Shown here one piece after another: positions 11,777-20,803 of a stretch of DNA of 64,000 bases; position 1 is the stretch's first letter, and every line of letters begins with the position of its first letter. This DNA comes from Minutocellus sp. GHC0000111 (taxonomy: Eukaryota). Location of the stretch: contig CDRNXO010000001.1 in assembly GCA_977018835.1 (NCBI GenBank), positions 1 through 64,000 on the forward strand. Direction: 5' to 3'. Made by a program: the position numbers and the translations under genes. The notes beneath the pieces are model-generated. The model was given only the letters and a program-made list of their open reading frames with translations, had not been told where the DNA came from and searched no databases.

Positions 11777-12886
11777 ATGCTGAGTGCTGACCACATTCGA
11801 TTGCAGCGTCAAGCTGCTGAAGGCAAGAGATCTGCTTTCTCTCGACAATTCTCGTTTGGCGCCAAAAAAGATCCATTGGCATCATCGTCAGTATGGTTCA
11901 CATTGCTACTCTTGATATCCTTGCGAACCATCGAAGGCTTCTCTGATTCCAAAGTAAGGCGCCGATTCAAAACATCTCTCGACTGTCAGCTTCTGGGCAT
12001 CAATTCCTGCTCACCGTATGATTGTACCACTTCATTTCAGAAACTGGCACGACGAGGGGGCGACACTGACATCCACTCACATGGATGGGGCTTGGCCTAC
12101 TACTGCGACAAGAGCAAGGCATTGCGTGATGCAGAAGCTGCCGCGTCCTCTCCCATTGCCAAGTCGATCTCAGAATTGATGTCACAAAACGTAATATCTC
12201 ACATTCGATTTGCTACCGAAGGTTCGGTTTGTATGGACAATGTCCATCAATTCTCACGACAGTTATTTGGGAAGGATTGGGTATTCGCGCATAACGGAGA
12301 CGTCCCAATGTTCAAGGGCACTCACAAAGCAAATGTTTGGCTTGGTGGCACTGCACGAGGGAAAGGGGTATTTGAGCCGATTGGTGATACGGACTCTGAG
12401 GCGCTTTTTTGCGCCATTCTCAATAGCGTCAATGCCAGGTTTAGCTCAATGCCTCCTTTGCCGGTACTTCATGACTACATCAACAAGCTTTGCCAAGAAA
12501 TTGTATCGTACGACAGCAAATCAACAATATTGAACTTTCTACTGGGATTTGGAGGAGAAATACAGATCGCATACTCTTGGCCAGGGCGGCGGGAAGGAAG
12601 TAGAACATGGAATGGGCTTCATTACAAATTGAAGGAGCGAGGTCAAGGCCAAGTAGCAGTGATTGCTACCAAGCCTCTGGTCGATAGCGGTGAAGAAGAA
12701 GCTGGTTGGGTTGAGTTGAAGCGTGGCGAATGTCTTCTATTTGAGAATGGAGAGGTACATTCCGCGCCTGGGGATAGCATCGACGCCGAACTTTATGGAT
12801 TGAATTTATTCGACGAATCATTACTACAATTTTCTCAGATTTGGGAGGCGGATGCCTTATCAAATTCGTTCGATGCGCACTTGTAG
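11777..12886 (+). CDS. Class II glutamine amidotransferase (YafJ/EgtC-like Ntn hydrolase) with N-terminal presequence
   Basis: CQLLGIN...GGDTDIHSHGWG, SHIRFAT, FAHNGD, GDTDSEALF, IATKPL. Confidence 0.88.
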   Translation: MLSADHIRLQRQAAEGKRSAFSRQFSFGAKKDPLASSSVWFTLLLLISLRTIEGFSDSKVRRRFKTSLDCQLLGINSCSPYDCTTSFQKLARRGGDTDIHSHGWGLAYYCDKSKALRDAEAAASSPIAKSISELMSQNVISHIRFATEGSVCMDNVHQFSRQLFGKDWVFAHNGDVPMFKGTHKANVWLGGTARGKGVFEPIGDTDSEALFCAILNSVNARFSSMPPLPVLHDYINKLCQEIVSYDSKSTILNFLLGFGGEIQIAYSWPGRREGSRTWNGLHYKLKERGQGQVAVIATKPLVDSGEEEAGWVELKRGECLLFENGEVHSAPGDSIDAELYGLNLFDESLLQFSQIWEADALSNSFDAHL

Positions 12887-12915
12887 CATAACAAATGAGA
12901 AGCAGCTGCTATTAG

Positions 12916-13977
12916 TTATTCATCGAAAGATTGGTGTATGTATTCATCAACCCATTCTGTCCTCAAAAGCCCCCTGCCACCCCCTCGCCCATAAATTATG
13001 GGGTAGAAACTCTCGTCAACTTCAACAGAATTGTACTTTCGATATCTACCATAGATGTAGCTCGTATTTCCAAATGGGCCATTGTCACTGCCCTTACTCT
13101 CGGCAAATGTTACATTACCACGAATATAGTGCCCCACCAAGGCACGGCGATGTTTCGAAAACGATGAATTTGGCCCACTGCCATGCCACGCATCTTGATG
13201 ATGGAAGATTGCACGACCCTCTTTCACTGGTGCTGTTTCAATCAATTCTTGGGCATTGTCACATCCAGCAAGACTCGCAGCTGCAGATATACCCTTGCGA
13301 TACGAAGTTTCATCTGCCGAGTGAAAAGATGATATCTCAGATCCGTTATCATCAGTTTCTCCCTCTTTTTGGGAAGTGGTCCCAGCGCAATGTAGAAGCG
13401 GCCTCCACTTGTGAGATCCAACCGCATATTCAACACACCCATTCTCTTCGTCGGCATCGTCCAAGGCCATCCATACGGTGACTGAATTGTTTTCATATGG
13501 TTCGAACTGAGCTGATATGTACACAGAATCTTGGTGAAATCCCACAGTATCAATACGTTGCGTCTTTTGTGGCCGGTCCTGATGATGAGCAGATGGTGGT
13601 TTCCACACCACGTCGTCTTGTGCGATACGAACACTATCCCAGCCCATCACATTGGCCACCAATCGACCCAAGTCTTCATTCAGCACAACCGATGCGATGT
13701 TCCTATCGGACTTCCACGCGTTGCAGATTTCTCGTGCCGCATTCTCCCTGCTAATTCCCTCTCTCCAGTGCCATTCGTCGGGATAATTCCCCGTGTCGAA
13801 TTCGCCTCGGAATAATCGAGGGAGACGAGCTCTCACTTCCGCGCAGGTCTCTTTTGTCAGCAGCCTTTGACTCGTGGGAGCAAATCCCTTCTCGGAGAGT
13901 TTCGATGTGATCGATGGTGCATCGTGTAGGTGGCGCTCGAGAGAAGCGAGGATAGCACGGGAAGTTCGGTGCATCAT
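12916..13977 (-). CDS. Phytanoyl-CoA dioxygenase (PhyH) family 2OG-Fe(II) oxygenase
   Basis: FHQD, VTVWMALDDADEENGC..Y..GSH, WHGSGPN...RRAL. Confidence 0.88.
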   Translation of the reverse strand: MMHRTSRAILASLERHLHDAPSITSKLSEKGFAPTSQRLLTKETCAEVRARLPRLFRGEFDTGNYPDEWHWREGISRENAAREICNAWKSDRNIASVVLNEDLGRLVANVMGWDSVRIAQDDVVWKPPSAHHQDRPQKTQRIDTVGFHQDSVYISAQFEPYENNSVTVWMALDDADEENGCVEYAVGSHKWRPLLHCAGTTSQKEGETDDNGSEISSFHSADETSYRKGISAAASLAGCDNAQELIETAPVKEGRAIFHHQDAWHGSGPNSSFSKHRRALVGHYIRGNVTFAESKGSDNGPFGNTSYIYGRYRKYNSVEVDESFYPIIYGRGGGRGLLRTEWVDEYIHQSFDE

Positions 13978-14124
13978 GCTGGTCCGGCAAAAATGAGGGG
14001 CAGGCCCAGGTTGGCTATGCGTGGCGGGCCCGCCATCGCCATCGCCACAGCCACAGGCAGCCAGGCCACAGGCGCAAGACGGCACACTTGGCTGACTTCA
14101 ACCACACCAACAGCAACGCCGACC

Positions 14125-15094
14125 ATGTCGACCTCAAGCTCCTCACCGGCATCCGCGTCCAGCCACGACGATGCAGTTGCCAACTGGTGGGAATATGGCT
14201 CGGTACCTCTGATGAAGCGCTGTATTCGCGAGTACGGCTGGTCTGACAAGTTTGCCACACGAGTCTTGGAGTCTGGGTACAAAAAATTCCTCCAACTCAA
14301 GAAAGACCTCTCCGATTGGGACCACAAGATTCTATCGCCCTCCATCCCCGTTGATAAGATGTGGCATATGCACATCCTGGACATTGCCAACTACATCAAG
14401 GATTGCGAATTGCTCTGCGGTCACCTGGTGGGCCACGACCCGGATGGTATGCTCAATGACGACGCCCGGAAACGCAGGGTGGAGACGACCAAGCACATCC
14501 TCCGAAACCAGCTAGGTGGAGAGATGGACGAGGAGGTGTGGAATTTTGGTAGTGGAGGTGATACTAGTAGTGCTGGGGGCTGCGAAAACAAAGTAGGGTC
14601 AGATAACGAGTCCCCATTTCGAAAGCGCCGACGGATAAAAGAGGATACTACAGACGATGATGATGGTGATGATAATGATGATAAGTCCGATGATGGTCAT
14701 TTTGGCGAGTCTAAGGGTAATGCTACTGGAGATAGCGAAGCCACTTGTCACTTAGATGACAGCTCGTGGGATCGTAAGCGACGACAAGAGGGTGAGAATA
14801 CTGGAAAAATGGCTACTCTGGGTCTAACAGGCAGCAGGCTGAAAACGCAGGAGAACGGATCACAATTATATCAGAGACGAAAAACTGGCGGAAACCCATT
14901 TCAAAGTGTCGCCCTCGACAAAAATGAGAAAGATTTTCAAGACGTATACCGATCGAACAGGCATCGATATAGGAGCTCTCCGATTCTTTTTCAGCGGAGG
15001 AAGAATCAGTCATTTTTCTACCCAGACAGTCCAGATGCTGGAATTGGAGGACGGCGATGTGATCGTGGCGATGCTTGAACAGACTGGATGTTGA
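14125..15094 (+). pseudogene. GRDP/DUF1399-like domain plus C-terminal SUMO-like domain; frame broken between the domains
   Basis: YKKFLQLK...LSPSIPVDKMWHMHIL...HDP. In another frame, FKVSPSTKMRKIFKTY...LRFFFSGGRI...LELEDGDVIVAMLEQTGC-stop. Confidence 0.7.
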
Positions 15095-15340
15095 AAACAC
15101 ACAGTGCTTACACGTGGGATGTCTTCTCATTATTGTAATTCACACAAAACACTCTCCATCATTTCAATACTTGTAAATTTGTATATATCTACTTGTCAAT
15201 ATCCAATTTTTCCCTCCCGTTGGTGAGATAGTGACGATGAAACTACTAGTAGAAGACGAGTATATTTTATTGAAACAATTTGCAAATTTGCGTGGCGAAT
15301 TTTTTATGAATAACACGCAAGCAACAAATCACAACCACAA

Positions 15341-15724
15341 CTACCTCCCCTCAGCGTCTTCAAACAATGCTCCATGTTCATCTTTCCGATCTACATACCC
15401 CGCATCCACATTCCCTAAACAAGCTGACGATGTACAGGAACCAAAAACCTTTTGATACGTCTTTTGTGCATCTTCTTCAAATGACGATAACCGATAGCCC
15501 GGCGGCAAGCACATCTCCACCAATGGTATTAATCGCTTCGGTAGCTTGGATTGTTTTCGATCTTCTTCAGCCTGCACTATCTTTGCTCTAGCCTTCTGCA
15601 AAACAGAGTCGCTCAACCGTTGGGATGAAGTAGATGTTGCTGATTCATCCAACAGAGACCGCTTGGCCACGCCGGGATTATTGTTGTTGGTAGTCTGAGA
15701 CGTTGAAGCGGTTATCGTCGTCAC
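15341..15724 (-). CDS. Hypothetical protein; start uncertain
   Basis: 127-aa open frame without an ATG start and without recognisable motifs. Confidence 0.35.
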   Translation of the reverse strand: MTTITASTSQTTNNNNPGVAKRSLLDESATSTSSQRLSDSVLQKARAKIVQAEEDRKQSKLPKRLIPLVEMCLPPGYRLSSFEEDAQKTYQKVFGSCTSSACLGNVDAGYVDRKDEHGALFEDAEGR

Positions 15725-16318
15725 AAAACTATCTTCTCTTCTTTCTTGGCTCTACATATTATTTATTTTTTGCTTGTTGAAATCGCTGCTGTGTATTACA
15801 ATTGCAGTAGCAGTAGTGCGCGTCTCTTCCAAGTCACAGGCGAGCAGGTCATGTAAACGCCAAAATTCTTTCCACGCTGAAACGACGCCTTGGCTTTTAG
15901 TCGACTAGCAATATGTGAGTTGCCGACGAGTAATCCGATCGATCACCGGCCGAATTTATTGTAATAACAATGCAACGTGCCGCGGTGATCACCTGCACCC
16001 TTCCAATGATATACAACGTGTACTTCGTCTACTTTCCAACAACAGCACCGGCAGATTGTGTGGTCGTTTTTCGTGTTTTTGAAGTTTTTGTGTGGTCGTT
16101 TTTCGTGAAGTTTCTTCGCCGTCGGCGACGTTTGCGGCGGCGTGCCGCCGCCCGCGCCGGTACTCTAGGCCTAGCTACGTAGGCCTAGCTAGTCTAGTAG
16201 CGGTGGAAGCATGCGAGGCAACCTGGCGGTCACTTGCGTGTCGGAGCTCCGGCTTGCTACTGACGTACTACGTAGTAATAGCTAGCTCGGCGCTCTACGT
16301 AGTAGGAGGCATTCCGCC

Positions 16319-18328
16319 ATGAGAAGGAAGCGGCCCTTGATTGGCAAAGGGGCGAGCAAAGCAAACGGCACATCCCACAAATCATCCGCTGATGTCACGG
16401 ACAGACCTTCCGCGGAAGTGTCACCGAACCGCCCATGGCCGGTGGAGGCAACCGTTCTTACTGGTATTTCGATGTGGGCGGCGGACGAAGCCTGCCGATA
16501 CGATCAGGATCATTTGAACGACGCTGGTGCTCACAAGTACCGCATGTGGTCGGTCGCATCTCTCCTGACTGCTGCATCATCTCTCGTCAGTTGTTGCTTT
16601 GTCTGGTGGAAGTGCCGGATGACGTCGACGCTCTCCCCTGCTCCCATTGGTGCCGATCCAGATGGCTTGGTTATTGGTTCGACCTTGGTGCCACTTGTAT
16701 TCTGCTCTATGGACTTATTTGCGGAGAAATGCGGTTTGAGAGACATCCCAAGAATCGACTTTCTTGAGCCGTTTGCACTTGCATCATCGACGACGAGCCT
16801 GATTTTTGCCATGAGTGCAGTATTACTGCAGAGGAACAAGAGGGGCGGCAGTGCTACGAATCATGCGTTACTTACCTCATGCATTCTATTCGTCATCATG
16901 AAAGTTATGATGATCGCTAAGAATGATGTTGTGCTTCTCGTCGGGGAAACCATGACCACCGTGGTGGTGCCTTGTGTCGTCCTACAGGCAATATTGATCT
17001 ACCTCTATTCCCGACAGAATCCCAGTTCCAGTTCTGTATACGCTGCATTCACACCAGGGGAATGGTGTTGTGTTGCGCAGTTGTTATCCTTCCTAGTGCT
17101 TGGATTTCTTTTTATAAATATTGAACCAACTCGACCGAAGCTGGATGATTCAGACATGCATCTTGCGATTTCTCATGGTGGTATCGTTGGGTGCATAATC
17201 GGTTGTGTTCTATCAAGTGTTGTCAATGTGGTTGCCAAAAAGAGAATTCACGGCAAATCTGTAATGTTTGTGTGCGCCACAAAACTCTTCGTCATAGTTT
17301 CGGTGACTGTGACATGTGTTGAAATCGTGGCTCGACGATGGAATGCAGAAGATGCAGCATACTCCAATCGACAATTTATCCCGACATCGCTATGGTGGTT
17401 GTTTTTCTTCTTGCGCACACCCGATAGGTCCATGCCAAAGTCCTTTCAAAACGCACCAAGATTTGTGTTCTTGGTATACTGGCTAATAGTTCTATCATTG
17501 GCTGCATTCCCAGCGCATCGGATGGCATCATACCTCCGAAATTTGCCAGAATCCACGAAAAGGCGCAAACTCGTTGTGGTATCAAGAAAATATTTCCATT
17601 TCGTTGCAGTGCTGCTCTTTTTACCGCCGACAGTACTGGCTCCTACCATGATGTCACTTTCCTATGCTGTGGCGCTTTCAGTCCTTCTCTTGGTGGAAAG
17701 TTTGAGGGCGACAATCCTATCGAATGATAATCAGCTGAGAGATTCTTCATTGTATCAATTTTACGAGGCTTTTCTTGATGAGAAGGATGCGATGGCGCGT
17801 TCAATTAGCCAACAAAGTCAAGGTAAACGAACTGGCGGTGTATTCGTGGTTACTCACATGGCAATGATCTTTGGCTGTGCCTTCCCGTTATGGGTGAATG
17901 AAGTGCTACAGAAAGTCACTGGTCCTGATCATGTCGCCGGTACAGGAGCAGGGGACATTCTTAGTTTACTACCTGCAATGGGCATCATTGTGCTGGGGGT
18001 TGGCGATGCCGTTGGTGCCATTGTAGGGGTGTACTTGGGATCTCACAAGTGGCCAGGAACGAAGCGTACCATTGAAGGATCTTTGGGGATGTTTCTATCA
18101 ATGGTTTTGAGCTTGGTGATGATTTCTTACCTCGATCCAACTTCAGATACCGGTACAAATGCAACATGGGATGCTGCACTGGCCGGGCTTTATGCCATTC
18201 CACAACTGCTTGTACTCACCCTATTGGAAGCTTTTACGTGCCAAATTGATAATTTATGCCTGCCCATTGCTGCCTCGATTTTATGTTTGGTTGGTGGAGG
18301 GGGGGGGGGGGAATATGAAAATGAATGA
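16319..18328 (+). CDS. DOLK: Dolichol kinase (SEC59/DOLK)
   Basis: Multi-TM protein with RKYFHF, FLDEKD, HMAMIFGCAFPLW, LGVGDAVGAIVG..LG.HKWPGTKRTIEGS and QIDNLCLP. Confidence 0.92.
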   Translation: MRRKRPLIGKGASKANGTSHKSSADVTDRPSAEVSPNRPWPVEATVLTGISMWAADEACRYDQDHLNDAGAHKYRMWSVASLLTAASSLVSCCFVWWKCRMTSTLSPAPIGADPDGLVIGSTLVPLVFCSMDLFAEKCGLRDIPRIDFLEPFALASSTTSLIFAMSAVLLQRNKRGGSATNHALLTSCILFVIMKVMMIAKNDVVLLVGETMTTVVVPCVVLQAILIYLYSRQNPSSSSVYAAFTPGEWCCVAQLLSFLVLGFLFINIEPTRPKLDDSDMHLAISHGGIVGCIIGCVLSSVVNVVAKKRIHGKSVMFVCATKLFVIVSVTVTCVEIVARRWNAEDAAYSNRQFIPTSLWWLFFFLRTPDRSMPKSFQNAPRFVFLVYWLIVLSLAAFPAHRMASYLRNLPESTKRRKLVVVSRKYFHFVAVLLFLPPTVLAPTMMSLSYAVALSVLLLVESLRATILSNDNQLRDSSLYQFYEAFLDEKDAMARSISQQSQGKRTGGVFVVTHMAMIFGCAFPLWVNEVLQKVTGPDHVAGTGAGDILSLLPAMGIIVLGVGDAVGAIVGVYLGSHKWPGTKRTIEGSLGMFLSMVLSLVMISYLDPTSDTGTNATWDAALAGLYAIPQLLVLTLLEAFTCQIDNLCLPIAASILCLVGGGGGGEYENE

Positions 18329-18859
18329 GACGAGGGTGGGCGAATGAGAAAAGAAAACTCTTCGGTCGGACTCTCCAGATCTACTAGATTAGCCTACTAC
18401 GTAGCTTCTAAGCTACGTAGCTAGACTCTATTGCGCACATTATGTACACCACGCGCAGCCTCGGAGGGCTTGGGGGCTCCTGTGGGAGCCCAGCCATGTC
18501 GGCTCGGCAGCTCGCCATCGCCATGGGCTGCCATGCCAAAGCAACGTTTACGACGTCATTTTTCGTCATACAGAATTAGCCCGCATCCCGTCCACCCGTC
18601 CATCCCGCCCGCCACATCTCGCTCGGTCATATTGTGCTCATATTGCTTGCGAGAGTGCGAGAGCTGGGTGACTACCATACCAGGTACTACCGGTAGTAGG
18701 AGCCATTGCGCAATCTGTGTGTGGATTCACGTCCATTGCCCCCCGTGTGCGATGCGATGTCGAGCATGAAAAAAATCAAAGAAGAGGAAGCGAATCGTCG
18801 GCAGCGGCACTCCTCGGATCTTAGGATCCAATGGCCGCTTCCATCTCGAAAGGGACGCC

Positions 18860-20803
18860 ATGGGCGTACCAGGATTTCACGTAGCTGCCAATGTGTTCAG
18901 CCCTTCGGTCCATCGGCGTCTGTTTGAGGAGAAGGCCTTTGAGACAAATCCTCAACCCTTTGTCACGCAGCAGAGCGTGCCAATCCAGCAGACGATCCTG
19001 CACCCGACGAAGGCGGGGATCAATGGACCGTGGCCCGACAACTGGCATCGCATCATCAATGCCGTGCGAGACTCTGGTCTCTTCGAGCAGGCGACAATCC
19101 CAGATTGTGGCTATGGCTTGACGTACAATCCTGGGTCACAATTTCCATGCCACTGGGATGGCAGGGGAAAGTGGGGCGAATACGTCATTGTCGCGACTCT
19201 CGGTGCCCCCTGTACCATAACCATTCAGCATTGCGCTCCCAAGGGCAAGCCCGTGGATCCATCTCGGCCTTGGGATTGGACTCCGTCGGATCCGACGATC
19301 GTATCAGACGATCCGTATTGGACCCGCTCGATGACTGCCGAGGAGGTTCAGCTGGGCAGTTATGGCAACAATAAGCGTCGGCTGTGGCAGGTGACTATGA
19401 CCTTGCCTCCAAATAGTATGTACGTGATGAGTGGACCCTCGCGGTACGATTGGCAACATGGTGTCAACTGCGATCCGAATCACCCTGTGCCCAAATCTAC
19501 ATCGTCGTACATATCGGCAGGTGGGCGAGCTGTGCAAGTGCCTGCCGAAGAATGGCTGTTTCCTTCGTGGAACAAGTTCAAAGCCCGTCGGGGTGTCATC
19601 TACCGCTCCACAAAGTGCTTCAGTGATCTTTGCCTTCAGCAGGAGCGAGAGAAGGCCTATACAGACCGAGACTTTGGGGCCGTCACGGCCGTCAATGCTC
19701 GTATCGATGCGTCCCACCGCTTCAAGCCGCAGGATCAGCATGCCAGTAGAGAGCTGACGGAGGACGAGATTGAAGCGCAGGAGAAGATGGGATGTGCACT
19801 CATTAAGGAGCTGAAGAGAAGTGGCGTCCATCGGCTGCGATTCGCCAAGTCCGAGGTGCTCTTTGAATCGGACAATATGACCAGGGCGGCTGGTGATATT
19901 GATGCTCCCGCAGCATCGATCAAGTTCGATGAGGATGGTAACGTCGAAGAAGATGAGGACGAGAAGAAGGAAGATGATACTACTAGTATTGAGAATATTG
20001 TGGCATTTTCTGGTCAGGGGCGTCGACTTGGGCAAAGCTGGGAAGACCAAGCTACCGCCAAGGGAGGCAACCCTAAAAAGGCTGCATGCGAACCAGAAGT
20101 GATTGATCTTCTTGATTCTGACGACGAAGACGACGACCAAGATATGAAACCAGCGGCTGAGAAACAAGCTCCGGTGCCGGCACCTACGAGCAGGGCGCGT
20201 TCAGGCAGCCAGCAGTCCCACGGAATGAGCAATGCGGGAAGAGCTGCACTGCTGCGTTTTGAGTCGTCAAAGAATGGCGACACAGGAGCATCGGCGGCAG
20301 CCGCGGGTGCGATGTCTTCCCTTACGAACCCAACTGCTTCGTGGCAATGCCATCGGTGTACATTGATCAACAAGCCGAGCGCTCTACAGTGCATCTGCGG
20401 GACCGAGCGTCACGCGAATGCTGCACCAAAGCCCATGCCAACGCAAAATATTGGACCAACGGACCAAGCAGTGGCCCCGATGATTGGCCCGGGCGCTCTT
20501 TCGGCTGCATTGTTTGGTGCAATGGCGGACAGCAAGTCAGCATCTATTCAAATACCATCGACGCAGTATTCTGGCAGCGGTGGCTCGAGCGTGGCGCCCG
20601 GCCATGTTGGCAGCTTGAGGAACAAGCACGCGTACCTACGCAGCAGTGGTAGTGATACCGGTACATCCATCGTCGACAGCAGCAAGCGCCAGAGACCTGA
20701 TGGTGATGACGACAATGATGCGCAAGATTGTTTCTTGATGGGATCGCTACTTGTCGACAACAATCCTGGCGCCTACAGTAGCGGTGGATGGATCTGGACT
20801 TGA
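18860..20803 (+). CDS. AlkB-like 2OG-Fe(II) dioxygenase with SHP-box-like, SIM-like and RanBP2-type zinc-finger motifs; C-terminus probably chimeric
   Basis: YNPGSQFPCHWD, LPPNSMYVMSGPSRYDWQHGV, RRGVIYR; FSGQGRRLG; EVIDLLDSDDEDDD; WQCHRCTLINKPSALQCICGT. Confidence 0.75.
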   Translation: MGVPGFHVAANVFSPSVHRRLFEEKAFETNPQPFVTQQSVPIQQTILHPTKAGINGPWPDNWHRIINAVRDSGLFEQATIPDCGYGLTYNPGSQFPCHWDGRGKWGEYVIVATLGAPCTITIQHCAPKGKPVDPSRPWDWTPSDPTIVSDDPYWTRSMTAEEVQLGSYGNNKRRLWQVTMTLPPNSMYVMSGPSRYDWQHGVNCDPNHPVPKSTSSYISAGGRAVQVPAEEWLFPSWNKFKARRGVIYRSTKCFSDLCLQQEREKAYTDRDFGAVTAVNARIDASHRFKPQDQHASRELTEDEIEAQEKMGCALIKELKRSGVHRLRFAKSEVLFESDNMTRAAGDIDAPAASIKFDEDGNVEEDEDEKKEDDTTSIENIVAFSGQGRRLGQSWEDQATAKGGNPKKAACEPEVIDLLDSDDEDDDQDMKPAAEKQAPVPAPTSRARSGSQQSHGMSNAGRAALLRFESSKNGDTGASAAAAGAMSSLTNPTASWQCHRCTLINKPSALQCICGTERHANAAPKPMPTQNIGPTDQAVAPMIGPGALSAALFGAMADSKSASIQIPSTQYSGSGGSSVAPGHVGSLRNKHAYLRSSGSDTGTSIVDSSKRQRPDGDDDNDAQDCFLMGSLLVDNNPGAYSSGGWIWT

